From Candidatus Enterousia sp. (lineage in GTDB: Bacteria; Pseudomonadota; Alphaproteobacteria; Rs-D84): a stretch of DNA of 64,000 nt. Of this stretch, positions 46,115 through 56,702 are shown in pieces (the stretch's first letter is position 1; each line of letters starts with the position of its first letter). A program made the translations under genes and the position numbers. The notes below the pieces were generated by a model that searched no databases, was not told where the DNA came from, and saw nothing but the letters and a program-made list of their open reading frames with translations. The stretch covers positions 3,902 to 67,901 of the forward strand of contig JAZROV010000016.1 in assembly GCA_045648885.1 (NCBI GenBank). Reading direction: 5' to 3'.

Positions 46115-47065
46115 CTACATCCCTTTGAAAGCCTTAATAATATTTTCATGAACGTTGTCAAAACTGTCCATCACAACCGCCCCGGCAGCACATAAATGTC
46201 CGCCACCCCCAAACGATTCTGCGATATGATTGATTGGTGTATTTTTGCTGCGAATCGAAATACCAATCTGATTTTCTTTCTGTTCTTTCAACAGAACGAC
46301 AAATTCAACACCACAAATTTGCCCCAGCAAACTTAAAACCAATTCACCACGTCCATCTAATTTTTTATAATCGCTCTGACGTATAGCAGCAATTACCAAG
46401 CGACCTTTCATATAAAATTCTGCATTCGCAACCGCGCCAGATTCCACCAAAACGGTCTTTTTATCCCTGTTGTATAATAAATTCACCAAACGGGTTATAT
46501 TTGCACCTGAATCAACCAAATCAGCAGCCGTACGCAACACATCGCTTTGTCTGACGAATTTGAAATTACCAGTATCGGTTATAATACCTATTGTCAACAA
46601 ATCGATAATCTCTGAATCAATTTTAAAATTCGCAGCCCGTGCAACATCGTAAATAATTTGAGTTGCGGACGCCTTGGTAGGATCATCGAAACAAAGATTG
46701 GCGACAACATCGTCATTAAAATGGTGATCAAATTCAATTACAAAATCAGCAGCCGATATAAACTTTTCCGCCCCACCCAAATGTAATCTGGTTCCATAAT
46801 CAACCAATATATACAAATCGAATTTTGAATCTTCTGGGATATTTCCAAAATAATGCACACGTTTACGTAACGGCAAACGCTCTAAATCACGTGGGATACT
46901 GCCGTCATAAATCACCGTCGCAGTTTTATCAAAATTCAATTCGATAATCTTCATCAACGCCAACGCAGAACAAACAGAATCTCCATCTGGATTTTTATGT
47001 CCAGATATAGCAATTGATTTTGCGTTTTTTATTTTTTCTATTAAAACATCTATATTTTCCATCAT
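46115..47065 (-). CDS. nrnA: DHH/DHHA1 phosphoesterase (NrnA-like oligoribonuclease/pAp phosphatase)
   Basis: ISGHKNPDGDSVCS, EFDHH, GGGHLCAAG motifs. 316 aa. Confidence 0.75.
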   Translation of the reverse strand: MMENIDVLIEKIKNAKSIAISGHKNPDGDSVCSALALMKIIELNFDKTATVIYDGSIPRDLERLPLRKRVHYFGNIPEDSKFDLYILVDYGTRLHLGGAEKFISAADFVIEFDHHFNDDVVANLCFDDPTKASATQIIYDVARAANFKIDSEIIDLLTIGIITDTGNFKFVRQSDVLRTAADLVDSGANITRLVNLLYNRDKKTVLVESGAVANAEFYMKGRLVIAAIRQSDYKKLDGRGELVLSLLGQICGVEFVVLLKEQKENQIGISIRSKNTPINHIAESFGGGGHLCAAGAVVMDSFDNVHENIIKAFKGM

Positions 47066-48816
47066 AATGCAATATCTTCCAATGTAAATTGCGCGCTGAC
47101 GCGGCCGTTATATTCGTTTTCTTTCAATTTGCCCAACATCATTATTTTAGTATTTGTATTCGCATCGTCCAGTAAAAAATCACCAACGGGCGTTCCAACC
47201 AAATTAAAGCCTACAAAATTTAATTGGCCACCATTACTGGTGACAATGGCCCCACGCAAATGCGAACCGTTTCCCATAGTCGCAGCAAATTTCAATACCC
47301 CACCACACAAAACCAACGTCGGTTCTGGATTACATTGGCCAAACGGTGCCAACACAGACAATTTTTTTACCAAATTCATATTTGCCCCCCCAGAATCAAC
47401 CATGGCATCGACCACGATTTCAGATACAGGCTTTTCCCCATTCAATTGCGTTCGCACTGCGTTTTCTAAAAATTCACAAAAATCATTTTCATGTGCGGCA
47501 TCCAACGTAAAACCCGCAGCAGTGGCATGCCCGCCGCCTTCTGATAAAATGCCGGCAGCCATCGCATCATGAATTATTTTTCCCAAATCGATTTCAGGAA
47601 TCGACCGTCCAGACCCATTTATTACGCCATCCAATTTGGTTGCGACACATGTCGGCAGATTATATCTGTCTTTCAATCGACCTGCGATAATTCCCATAAC
47701 ACCACCATGCCAATTATCACCGCAAACAAACAAACTGCATTTACCAGATTTACAACATTGTTCAGCCTTTTGCGCAGCATCCACCATAATAGCATTTTGA
47801 ATATCAATTCTGTCTTGGTTCATCTGGTGCAATTTTTTTGCCAAATCTTCTGCAATCAAAACATTATCCGTCAACAACAATTCCAATGCAGGTGCTGCAG
47901 AATCTAAACGTCCTGCTGCATTCAAACGTGGCCCCAGCGCAAATCCAACCGCATACACAGATGGATTTTTTATTCCTGCTATGTTCATCAAAGTCTTTAA
48001 ACCCAAATTTTGCCGCAACCCCATAACTTTCAAACCAGTGGCAACAAAAGCGCGATTTAATTCAATCAACGGCATTGTATCGCAAATAGTCCCCAACGCG
48101 ACCAAATCAACATAGTTCAACAAATTCACATGATTTAATTCATTATTAAAAAATCCGCGTCTTTTTAATTCACGATTTAAAGACACCAATGTTAAGAACG
48201 CGACACCTACCCCGGCCAGATAATCCAAATTTGATGTATCATCTGAACGTTTTGGATTCACGACCGCATCGGCATTCGGCAATACAGTATCCGGAGAATG
48301 GTGATCAGTTATAACAACCTTTAATCCCAATTGTTTTGCGAATTCAACCTCTCGAATTCCACTGATTCCGCAATCTACCGTTATCAATAAATTCACACCA
48401 CTTTGTGCGATTTGTTCAATTGCAGAAATATTTAAACCGTATCCTTCGCCTTCACGTGTAGGTAAATGCCACGAAACATCAACACCCAATGCGGTTAAAT
48501 ATTTCACGAACACCGCAGTGGAAGTAATTCCATCAACATCATAATCGCCATAAATTGCTATTTTTTGACCGCTGCAAATTGCATCTGCAATAACATTGGT
48601 CGCCACATCCATATCTTTCAACACGCACGGATCAGGCATATATTCTTTCACAGACGGTTGCAAAAATTTTTCGATATCTTTGTCATTTGAAATTCCACGA
48701 GACAATAAAATATCCCGAACCAGCGCATCTGGGTCATTAAAATTTTTATTCAGATTATAATCATCCGATATTGTCCATACTTTGCCCAGCATGGACTTTT
48801 CAACTATTCTACGCAC
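47062..48816 (-). CDS. recJ: single-stranded-DNA-specific exonuclease RecJ
   Basis: YGDYDVDGITS, VITDHH, GGGHATAAG motifs. 584 aa. Confidence 0.9.
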   Translation of the reverse strand: MRRIVEKSMLGKVWTISDDYNLNKNFNDPDALVRDILLSRGISNDKDIEKFLQPSVKEYMPDPCVLKDMDVATNVIADAICSGQKIAIYGDYDVDGITSTAVFVKYLTALGVDVSWHLPTREGEGYGLNISAIEQIAQSGVNLLITVDCGISGIREVEFAKQLGLKVVITDHHSPDTVLPNADAVVNPKRSDDTSNLDYLAGVGVAFLTLVSLNRELKRRGFFNNELNHVNLLNYVDLVALGTICDTMPLIELNRAFVATGLKVMGLRQNLGLKTLMNIAGIKNPSVYAVGFALGPRLNAAGRLDSAAPALELLLTDNVLIAEDLAKKLHQMNQDRIDIQNAIMVDAAQKAEQCCKSGKCSLFVCGDNWHGGVMGIIAGRLKDRYNLPTCVATKLDGVINGSGRSIPEIDLGKIIHDAMAAGILSEGGGHATAAGFTLDAAHENDFCEFLENAVRTQLNGEKPVSEIVVDAMVDSGGANMNLVKKLSVLAPFGQCNPEPTLVLCGGVLKFAATMGNGSHLRGAIVTSNGGQLNFVGFNLVGTPVGDFLLDDANTNTKIMMLGKLKENEYNGRVSAQFTLEDIAL

Positions 48817-48857
48817 TTCTATCTCTTTTTTATTATCAAGAATATTATAATCTAAAT

Positions 48858-50522
48858 TTATTCAAATAGCAATGGCATGATTCCATCCAAAATTGCCCCT
48901 GCCGTCGGCACCGCATTCCATGCGGCCGTTTTCCAATTTCCAGACTCTTTGGTTCCCTGGGGTTCGTCTAACATAACGATAATAATATATTGCGGTGCAG
49001 ACACCGGAAACACACCGGTAAATACGGTCACATTTCGATTCACATCAACACGACCGTCCGCTCCGCGCTTTTCCGCAGTCCCCGTTTTACCACCAATTTC
49101 GATTCCTTTGACTCGCGCTTTACGTGCGGTTGTTTCTTCTGCGATATTAAACATAATTTTTCGAATATTTTCTGAAATCTGGGAATCTATGACACGTTCC
49201 CCACGCACCGCCCCGATACTGCGTTTTAACAATGTTGGGAAAATATAGAAACCACCGTTCGTGACTGCGTTAACCGCCAACAACAAATGCATAGGCGTCA
49301 CTGCTATACCATGCCCAAACGCCGCGGTTGCACGTTCTGTCGGTCCCCAATTTTTATATGTGATTGCTTTTTCAGTTTTTCCGAATTCCAACGACAACGG
49401 TTTATCTAAATTCAACCGATGGAAAAATTCTCTTTGTGCGCCATCTGGTAAATCTAATGCGATACGCGCACTGCCCACGTTACACGAATGCAGCATTATC
49501 TGGGGTGCTTTTAATTTACTGATACCTTTCTTTTTTATAACATCACGTTTGAACGACGCAACATCATCAATTGGTTTTCGCAACGCCCGACGTCCGAATT
49601 TATCATAAATCATCAACGGTTCATCGACTTTGTAATCTTTATCTTGCAAACCATTTTCATATGCCAACACAGTATTAAATATTTTGAAAATAGACCCCAT
49701 TTCAAAATTATCACGCAACAATTTAAAGCGCCGTGTTTTTGGCGAAACCGATGTGGCATTATTCGGATCAAAATCAGGCAATTGCACCATCGCTATCATT
49801 TCACCCGTTGAAGAATTCATCAACATACCCATCGCACCACGCGCCCGATATTTATTCATAGCAATCGTTAATTGTTCGTGGAAAATATTTTGCACACGCG
49901 AATCGATTGATAATTTCAAAACATCTTTGTTGTCGCGCAGATATTCATCATATGTGTATTCGACACCTTCCAGACCCGCATCTTTCCCCGCAAACCCAAC
50001 CACATGAGCAAACACATTGCGTTGCGGATAACGCCGTACAGTGAAAACTTCTATTTCAAAACAATCGTATTTTTTATTGGCGTCGCGAACAAATTTAATT
50101 TGTTCTTCACTGGCACGTTTTTTTATGTACACGCCAGATTTTCCCGATTTAATCAAATTCAGCGCATCTTCTACACTGTAATCTATCGGTGCAATTTCAT
50201 GAACAATACGCGCAACATCATCAATATTTTTATCTTTGACACGTGGCGGATATAATTTTATATTGCCCATTTCAACGCTTTTTGCCAATACAATACCATT
50301 CCGGTCAACAATATCTGCACGACGATCGATTTCGGCGCCATTCAACAGAGATTGTCTGTAATCACTGTGTTGTACCCCCAATTGAACGGTCCGCACAATG
50401 AAACAAAAAAACAACCCCATAAAAACAAATTTTATCAACCTCAGCCGATTCGCACTTTCGCTGTTAAAGACTGAACCTTTATATTCATGTGGTAAAATAT
50501 CTTTGCCGATATTAAATTTCAT
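48858..50522 (-). CDS. ftsI: peptidoglycan D,D-transpeptidase FtsI (PBP3)
   Basis: N-terminal TM, SIFK (SxxK), SCN (SxN) and KTGTA motifs. Confidence 0.9.
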   Translation of the reverse strand: MKFNIGKDILPHEYKGSVFNSESANRLRLIKFVFMGLFFCFIVRTVQLGVQHSDYRQSLLNGAEIDRRADIVDRNGIVLAKSVEMGNIKLYPPRVKDKNIDDVARIVHEIAPIDYSVEDALNLIKSGKSGVYIKKRASEEQIKFVRDANKKYDCFEIEVFTVRRYPQRNVFAHVVGFAGKDAGLEGVEYTYDEYLRDNKDVLKLSIDSRVQNIFHEQLTIAMNKYRARGAMGMLMNSSTGEMIAMVQLPDFDPNNATSVSPKTRRFKLLRDNFEMGSIFKIFNTVLAYENGLQDKDYKVDEPLMIYDKFGRRALRKPIDDVASFKRDVIKKKGISKLKAPQIMLHSCNVGSARIALDLPDGAQREFFHRLNLDKPLSLEFGKTEKAITYKNWGPTERATAAFGHGIAVTPMHLLLAVNAVTNGGFYIFPTLLKRSIGAVRGERVIDSQISENIRKIMFNIAEETTARKARVKGIEIGGKTGTAEKRGADGRVDVNRNVTVFTGVFPVSAPQYIIIVMLDEPQGTKESGNWKTAAWNAVPTAGAILDGIMPLLFE

Positions 50523-50809
50523 TGTGCCACCATTGGTATATCATTTATATTCACAGTCTTACTGAACGACACAGTCTCGGCCTTTGGGTTGATACCCACA
50601 ACAGATCCACGCAAACTGTCCGCCGACGACAGCGCAGAAAAACGCGTCTGGGCGATTGCATATTCTTGGCGTGCAACATCCATTGAATGACGAATGCTTT
50701 TTAAATTATTACTTTGTTCACGATAACACACCTGAAGAAAAACTATCAGGCACACCATGCCAAACGCCATCACCATTCCCAGATTAAACATTTTTTCATC
50801 ATCGCGCAT
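50519..50809 (-). CDS. ftsL: cell division protein FtsL-like
   Basis: 96-aa bitopic protein overlapping the ftsI start. Assigned by position and topology only. Confidence 0.5.
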   Translation of the reverse strand: MRDDEKMFNLGMVMAFGMVCLIVFLQVCYREQSNNLKSIRHSMDVARQEYAIAQTRFSALSSADSLRGSVVGINPKAETVSFSKTVNINDIPMVAQ

Positions 50810-50839
50810 AAAGATTTAACCCCTTTCCTGAGTATTTTA

Positions 50840-51202
50840 TCATAAATTCTGAAAAAAACTAATCATAGATTGAATACCATTCAAACGCGCCGCACCAAAA
50901 TTTAAATTCAAACTGTTAAATTCCCCGATAAAATCGATTTTTTTAATTTCTTCAACACTTTTTCCATCAACCAAAGACAACATTATTGCGACGATTCCAC
51001 GCACCATGGCTGAATCTGCCACGCCGTAAAATTTATTTCCATGACGACATATTTTTACAAATGATGTACAACCTAAAATTTCAGAGCAATCAGCATCATC
51101 TGGGACGTTTTCCAAAGATCTCCCAAAATCCATAACCATTTCCAATTTTTCAACTGGATCTTCAACCAAAGACAATGCGTTTTTAATTTCATTAAATTTC
51201 AT
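50840..51202 (-). CDS. sufE: cysteine desulfuration protein SufE
   Basis: LGCTSFV...ADSAMVRGIVA...AARLNGIQSM pattern, 120 aa. Confidence 0.8.
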   Translation of the reverse strand: MKFNEIKNALSLVEDPVEKLEMVMDFGRSLENVPDDADCSEILGCTSFVKICRHGNKFYGVADSAMVRGIVAIMLSLVDGKSVEEIKKIDFIGEFNSLNLNFGAARLNGIQSMISFFQNL

Positions 51203-51206
51203 TGTG

Positions 51207-51518
51207 TTACCATCCCTGCTCTGTTAAATCTAATTCGACACGCGCAGCATCTGACATTCGCGACACATCCCACACAGGCTCCCAAACCAATTTCACATCA
51301 ACACTTCTGCCACCGGCCACAGATTCAACATTTTCACGAACCTGGGTTAAAATATCTTCCATCATGGGACATGTCGGACTGGTGAAAGTCATTTCTATAA
51401 CGATATTTTTATCTGTTACGCCGATATTATATATCAAACCCAAATCCCATATATTTACCGGAATTTCTGGGTCATATACTTTTTTAATTTCATCAATAAT
51501 CTGGTCACGTATATCCAT
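51207..51518 (-). CDS. DUF59/MIP18-family Fe-S assembly protein (SufT-like)
   Basis: VYDPEIPVNIWDLGLIY...TFTSPTCPM motif. Confidence 0.8.
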   Translation of the reverse strand: MDIRDQIIDEIKKVYDPEIPVNIWDLGLIYNIGVTDKNIVIEMTFTSPTCPMMEDILTQVRENVESVAGGRSVDVKLVWEPVWDVSRMSDAARVELDLTEQGW

Positions 51519-51519
51519 A

Positions 51520-52638
51520 TTATTTCACCAATTTGCGAATCGTTTCAACAACGTATTCTGCATCAGCCATTGTATTCCACGGCCCCACAGACAAACGAAT
51601 CGACCCATTTATATTTAATTTCTTATGTATCCACGACGCACACATATTACCAACACGAATACAGATATCATTCGCACCCATTAATGCACCGAAATCTAAT
51701 GGATGCATTCCATCAACAACAAAAGTCAACATACACGCATCACGCATTGATAACATTTTTATTTTATCAATTTTCGATAATTCATCATACATATAATGTA
51801 TTAAATCAGTTCCACCCGACCATTTTTGCAATTCATCTATGGCGTGCGACATACCGACTATCTGGGTCAACGGCAAAGTGCCCGCTTCGAATTTTTGTGG
51901 TGCATCATTCAAAATCCAATTTGAATCATCAACAATTTTATTCACCATTCCACCACCAAATTTATCAGGATAATATTTATCCACATCACGAATATACATT
52001 ACCCCAACCCCAGTATCTGCGCCAATTTTATGTCCCGAAAACACCAAAAAATCACAGTCCCATTTTTTAACGTCTATTTTTTCGTGTACGATATATTGTG
52101 ACGCATCAACAACAGTTATCACTTTCGGATTTTTATCACGCGCGGCGCGAATAATCGCACCAACATCTTGGGCCATTCCCAACACATTAGACATAGCAGT
52201 TATAATTAAAATATCACTACGAGGAATCGAATCGATTTTAATATTGTTGTTTTCATCCAAATCACAAACGAATATTTGCCCTGCTTTGCCTGTGCGTTTT
52301 AACGCTTCCCATGGCATACGCGCACTGTGATGGTCCAAATCAGACACTGTTATCGTTGACCGTATATTATATTCCGGTTGGGATGATATAATATTCACAA
52401 CACGGTTTAACCCATCAGTTGCCCCCGATGTCCAAACTATGTTTTTCGGCCCAGCCCCAATAAAATCAGCCACTTTGCGCCGTGCATTTTCAACCATAAC
52501 ATCAACTGCGCCTGCGCGTTCACAAACCCCACGACCGGCATTTGCATAATGATTTGACAAAAAATCAACCTGGGATTCAATCACAGATTGTGGTTTCAAC
52601 CAACTGGCAGCAGCATCCATATAAACGTTTTTTTTCAT
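51520..52638 (-). CDS. sufS: class V aminotransferase, cysteine desulfurase SufS-like (compact)
   Basis: PLP lysine block SGHKIGADTGVGV. Catalytic Cys in RVGNMCA. 372 aa. Confidence 0.8.
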   Translation of the reverse strand: MKKNVYMDAAASWLKPQSVIESQVDFLSNHYANAGRGVCERAGAVDVMVENARRKVADFIGAGPKNIVWTSGATDGLNRVVNIISSQPEYNIRSTITVSDLDHHSARMPWEALKRTGKAGQIFVCDLDENNNIKIDSIPRSDILIITAMSNVLGMAQDVGAIIRAARDKNPKVITVVDASQYIVHEKIDVKKWDCDFLVFSGHKIGADTGVGVMYIRDVDKYYPDKFGGGMVNKIVDDSNWILNDAPQKFEAGTLPLTQIVGMSHAIDELQKWSGGTDLIHYMYDELSKIDKIKMLSMRDACMLTFVVDGMHPLDFGALMGANDICIRVGNMCASWIHKKLNINGSIRLSVGPWNTMADAEYVVETIRKLVK

Positions 52639-52717
52639 ATAGTTTTTCTCTTGCTTTTTGCTATGATTATAATAAACTCAATTGAAATATCAATAGCAAC
52701 CAAAGGAGAAAAATATA

Positions 52718-53038
52718 ATGTCTTTGAAACACGCTAATGATGAAACATTTGAATCTATGATTTCTGATGGATTGACATTGGTTGATTTTTGGGCATCATG
52801 GTGTGGACCATGCCAGATGTTTGGTCCAATATTTGAAGAAACGTCTGAATCTGAAACGGACGTCAATTTTGTTAAATTTGAAATTGACGAAACGAACAGA
52901 CGCATTCCTGCAAAATTCGGCATACGCAGCATACCAAGTGTTTTAGCGTTCAAAAACGGCGAATTAAAGGAAGCACGCACTGGTTTAATGGATTCTGACA
53001 CCCTTAAACAATGGATTGACGAATTAAAGGTATCATAA
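52718..53038 (+). CDS. trxA: thioredoxin
   Basis: WASWCGPCQ active site, 106 aa, AAAGGAG RBS. Confidence 0.95.
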   Translation: MSLKHANDETFESMISDGLTLVDFWASWCGPCQMFGPIFEETSESETDVNFVKFEIDETNRRIPAKFGIRSIPSVLAFKNGELKEARTGLMDSDTLKQWIDELKVS

Positions 53039-53039
53039 A

Positions 53040-53474
53040 ATGGCAAAAAAAGATTTTAAAAAAATAGAATTAGATTCTAAATATGTTCCAAAAAAATCAG
53101 AACCATATATGTGTCCTGAACAACTGGCATATTTCTATAACATTTTAACGGCGCAACGCGAAGAATTATTAAACGGACGCAATGATGTTTTAAACGATGT
53201 TCGCATGGCGGAAAAATCTGAAAACGCCGGTGTTGGCGACGAACAGGACCAGGCGTCCGCAGAACAAGAAATCACAATGAATCTGCGTATGTCAGAACGC
53301 ACTGACAATCTGTTGCGCAAAATCAATGCGGCAATTGAACGCATTGAAAACGGCACATACGGATACAGTGTGATATCTGGTGACGAAATTGGCCTGCAAA
53401 GAATGTTGGCGCGCCCATTGGCCACCATGACAATCGAAGAACAAGAAGAATACGAACAAAACAAAAAAGAATAA
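53040..53474 (+). CDS. dksA: RNA polymerase-binding factor DksA, Cys-less variant
   Basis: Coiled-coil tip DEQDQAS (DxxDxA). C-terminal GTYGYSVISGDEIG...ATMTIEEQ aligns to the E. coli C4 zinc finger with all four Cys replaced. Confidence 0.8.
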   Translation: MAKKDFKKIELDSKYVPKKSEPYMCPEQLAYFYNILTAQREELLNGRNDVLNDVRMAEKSENAGVGDEQDQASAEQEITMNLRMSERTDNLLRKINAAIERIENGTYGYSVISGDEIGLQRMLARPLATMTIEEQEEYEQNKKE

Positions 53475-53526
53475 CGTTTTCTTCTTTGGGGATTTATTGT
53501 CCATCTTGACAAGCTTTAACACATCT

Positions 53527-53558
53527 AAAAAAAACACCGCTTTTGGCGGTGTTTTTTT
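53527..53558. terminator. bidirectional rho-independent terminator
   Basis: A8-ACACCGC-loop-GCGGTGT-T7 between convergent genes. Confidence 0.8.
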
Positions 53559-55590
53559 ATAACCCATTTAATAAATTTAAATTTGATTCACCCAAAAAGT
53601 CGCCGAACGAAGATATAAAACTGGTCTTGTTTGAAGTGTTTAATATATCCAGCGCACTTTTGCCTTTTAAATCACCGGACATTCGCGTAAAATCTATTTT
53701 ATCCATCACACTGCTCAACGCGCTTAAATCGAGGTTCGAAAAATCTAATTTATTTATATCTTTGACACCTGCATTTTTCAATGCGGTCTTAATTTTACTA
53801 ATAACATCTTTGTTTGCACGATTGTTCGCAGCGTTGCCTTTGGCCTCTTTTATCAATTCACCCAATTTTCCGTTGATTGCACTGTTCCCGACCAGCCCAC
53901 CAACAACACCAACGCCAGCCGCAATCGCGCCGTATTTCATACGATTGGCAGATTTGGTCGCATCTTCTTCTATCTTGGTTTTATCGGTTTCACTGTTCAA
54001 CATTTTTGCACGATAAAGCGATGAATATGAACCGTTTTCAATACCAACATTTTCTTGGTCATATAAACCCATATTGGCTTTATCTAATATAACTTCGCTT
54101 TCTATACCCGGCATTAACCCCAGCGATTCTTTTCTGATCTTTAAACTGTCGGCCAGTGCAAAATATTCACTACGTAAATTCATTAAATTTTCATCATTAC
54201 CACCCGGTAATTCGATAGGGTCCTTGCTTGCTGTGACATTTCCGTCATTACCATATGTGCAACGGAATTTTTCAATGTATGCTGTCATATCCTCATCCGC
54301 AGCCTTGTCGGCCCGTTGTTCAGCTAACCCACGTGCAAATTCCATGGCACCGATACCGGTCGCAGCAGTTGTCGCCGCAGTCAAAATACGATTGGCCGAA
54401 GATTGCTCTTTTTCTTTGGCGGAATCATACGCAGATTGTTTCGTCTCTAAATCTTTTGCTTTTTGTTCAGGTGTACGCAAATCGGGTTTTTCACAAGTCT
54501 TTTTATTGTAATTAAATTCCTTACCATTTTCATTACAAAAACATTCGTTTGTTTCTTCATCCCACCAAGCGATTTTATTCGCATCCATACACATTTTAAA
54601 TCTATCAGACGTCCCCGCCTCTTCACAGCGTCCTATACTTTTTTCCCACACTTTACCATCTGGACAATTGCATGTATCTTCACTATCCAACCATGTACCA
54701 GCATTAGATTTTGATTCACACAACGATTTATACATATTTTGTTGTGGACTGAGAGCCAATTCCGTTTTTTCTTGTGTATTTATCAAACCAGCAGATTTCA
54801 TCTTGAATTCATCAGGAGCCTTATCAATAACATCAACACTATCCAACCTCTGATTACTAACACTCACCCCACTTTCATCTTCATCCACATTTTCACCTTT
54901 TAATGTGGCACGATTACCACCACCCGACGAACCAGCAGTTTCATTAAAATAGCAATACCCACGGGCCAAACGAAAACCATCTTTACAACTTAATGCTTTG
55001 CAAGAGTATGTCGCCTTTCCGCTTCTTATCTCTGGCGTTGTCGGATCTGTCCATTCTGCAACAGAATTTCTTGATTCTGATTCATTTGTTCGCATATTAC
55101 AATTTTTAACATATTCCTGCCACGCGTCATAGGCTGCATTACCAAATTTTATCACCCCGTCTTTAACCGTCACAGACGAACCCAACACCCCAATATAACT
55201 ATATTCTTTGAAAGCGGAAACCACTTCATCAATTTTTTTTTGTTCTTTTTGAGTCTCGATGTCGCTTTTTTCAGATGCCCCACAACTAGAATTTCTTATT
55301 AACGCATACGTACGCTCATCGGTGTCATTTGGCATGCCATAGGTTCCGATATTATAACAATCAGCGTGCACACGAAAATTATAAGATTTTGGCAAATCAC
55401 AACTAAACTTTCCATCTATACCACTTACACAGTCGCTGTCCCTAATATTACCACCAACTCCTATAAACGCGCCAACAACCGGCGAACGCGTTTCTGAATC
55501 AACAAGGATGCCACTAACAACATTCCCCCATGAACAAAACGGCATCAGAAAAAACAAACCGATAAAAATCTTTAAAATATTATTTTTCAT
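53557..55590 (-). CDS. large secreted Cys-rich protein with glycine-zipper segments
   Basis: Signal peptide, N-terminal beta-sandwich-like segment (GILVDSETRSPVVGA), multiple CxC / C-x-C-x-DGK Cys clusters, ATGIGAMEFA and AAGVGVVGGLVG Gly-zippers. Confidence 0.6.
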   Translation of the reverse strand: MKNNILKIFIGLFFLMPFCSWGNVVSGILVDSETRSPVVGAFIGVGGNIRDSDCVSGIDGKFSCDLPKSYNFRVHADCYNIGTYGMPNDTDERTYALIRNSSCGASEKSDIETQKEQKKIDEVVSAFKEYSYIGVLGSSVTVKDGVIKFGNAAYDAWQEYVKNCNMRTNESESRNSVAEWTDPTTPEIRSGKATYSCKALSCKDGFRLARGYCYFNETAGSSGGGNRATLKGENVDEDESGVSVSNQRLDSVDVIDKAPDEFKMKSAGLINTQEKTELALSPQQNMYKSLCESKSNAGTWLDSEDTCNCPDGKVWEKSIGRCEEAGTSDRFKMCMDANKIAWWDEETNECFCNENGKEFNYNKKTCEKPDLRTPEQKAKDLETKQSAYDSAKEKEQSSANRILTAATTAATGIGAMEFARGLAEQRADKAADEDMTAYIEKFRCTYGNDGNVTASKDPIELPGGNDENLMNLRSEYFALADSLKIRKESLGLMPGIESEVILDKANMGLYDQENVGIENGSYSSLYRAKMLNSETDKTKIEEDATKSANRMKYGAIAAGVGVVGGLVGNSAINGKLGELIKEAKGNAANNRANKDVISKIKTALKNAGVKDINKLDFSNLDLSALSSVMDKIDFTRMSGDLKGKSALDILNTSNKTSFISSFGDFLGESNLNLLNGL

Positions 55591-55633
55591 CTCTCTCTCA
55601 AAAACACGCGCAGGGACGCGCAAGAATCACAAA

Positions 55634-55825
55634 TTATTTTGCTTTCTTAGCGACCGCTTTTTTGGTGTTTTTCTTTACTGGCTTTGCCGGTTTTTCTTTG
55701 ATTTCTTTCTTAAACACCTTTACCCCGTCTGCGATATTTTTCATCATAGACGGTATTTTGGCAGACCCAAACAAAATCACAACCAACACGACAATTAAAA
55801 TAATTTCCCAAAAACCCCATCTCAT
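55634..55825 (-). CDS. tatA: twin-arginine translocase subunit TatA
   Basis: WEIILIVVLVVILFGSAKIP...GVKVFKKE pattern, 63 aa. Confidence 0.85.
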   Translation of the reverse strand: MRWGFWEIILIVVLVVILFGSAKIPSMMKNIADGVKVFKKEIKEKPAKPVKKNTKKAVAKKAK

Positions 55826-55838
55826 ATCAATATCCTTT

Positions 55839-56630
55839 TTATTTTGTCACATAGCAATCTAGTCCATCAGATTTCGCATTTCTGCAAAAACCATTGGCGT
55901 CATTATTAGAATTGAACGCGATACGCAATCTGTATATAGTCTTACCGTTCACTTCAGCCGCCAAAATCACAAACTGTTTACCACTGAATAAACTTTGATG
56001 CGATGCGCGAATCTTATGTTCCGCAGCATTCGCCAATTCACGTGTACTGTACGAACCAAACTGAACATAAATATTGCCATTTGTCGCAGTCGCCACAGGT
56101 TTCGTTGCTGGCGGAGTAATTTTTTTCACAGGCTTTGCCACCGGTGCAGGCTTTGCCTTTGGTTTTTCAACAGGTTTTGCCACTGGCGCATCTGGGTTGA
56201 AAGTGACTTCTTTTCTGTCTTCTATGACACGAATCGGTGCACCGTTATTTTCAGGAACTGGCGCCACCACAGGTTTTGGCTCTACCATTGGTTTTGGTGC
56301 TTCGACCGGACGCGGGGCTGCATCTGGCATTGGTTTTGGCGCAGCATCAACCGGTTTTGGCGGAACATTCAAATCTGCAACAGGTTGTGCCGGAACATCA
56401 ACCGAAACAACCGGCGTATCTAAATCAACGCTAAGCGATGTTCCCGAATCGCCCCCAACCCGCGCGATGATTATCCAGGTAGCCAGCACGATTACCGCAA
56501 CACCCAGTGCCATCAATAACCATGGTCTTTTCGGACGTGGCACGGAAAAAGGCGCAGCCTCTGGCAATGTGTCAACTTCGCCATTATCATCTAAATCTAA
56601 TAAATCTAAATTTTCATCTTGGTCGTTCAT
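55839..56630 (-). CDS. SPOR-domain peptidoglycan-binding protein
   Basis: Acidic N-terminus, one TM, Pro/Lys/Val-rich linker, C-terminal SPOR pattern (YVQFGSYST...A......YRLRIAF......A...C). Confidence 0.75.
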   Translation of the reverse strand: MNDQDENLDLLDLDDNGEVDTLPEAAPFSVPRPKRPWLLMALGVAVIVLATWIIIARVGGDSGTSLSVDLDTPVVSVDVPAQPVADLNVPPKPVDAAPKPMPDAAPRPVEAPKPMVEPKPVVAPVPENNGAPIRVIEDRKEVTFNPDAPVAKPVEKPKAKPAPVAKPVKKITPPATKPVATATNGNIYVQFGSYSTRELANAAEHKIRASHQSLFSGKQFVILAAEVNGKTIYRLRIAFNSNNDANGFCRNAKSDGLDCYVTK

Positions 56631-56702
56631 GGATATTCCCTCTTTATATATACGGATACATTATATCATAAAAAAACACTATTACCAAGAAATCGTTTTA
56701 AA

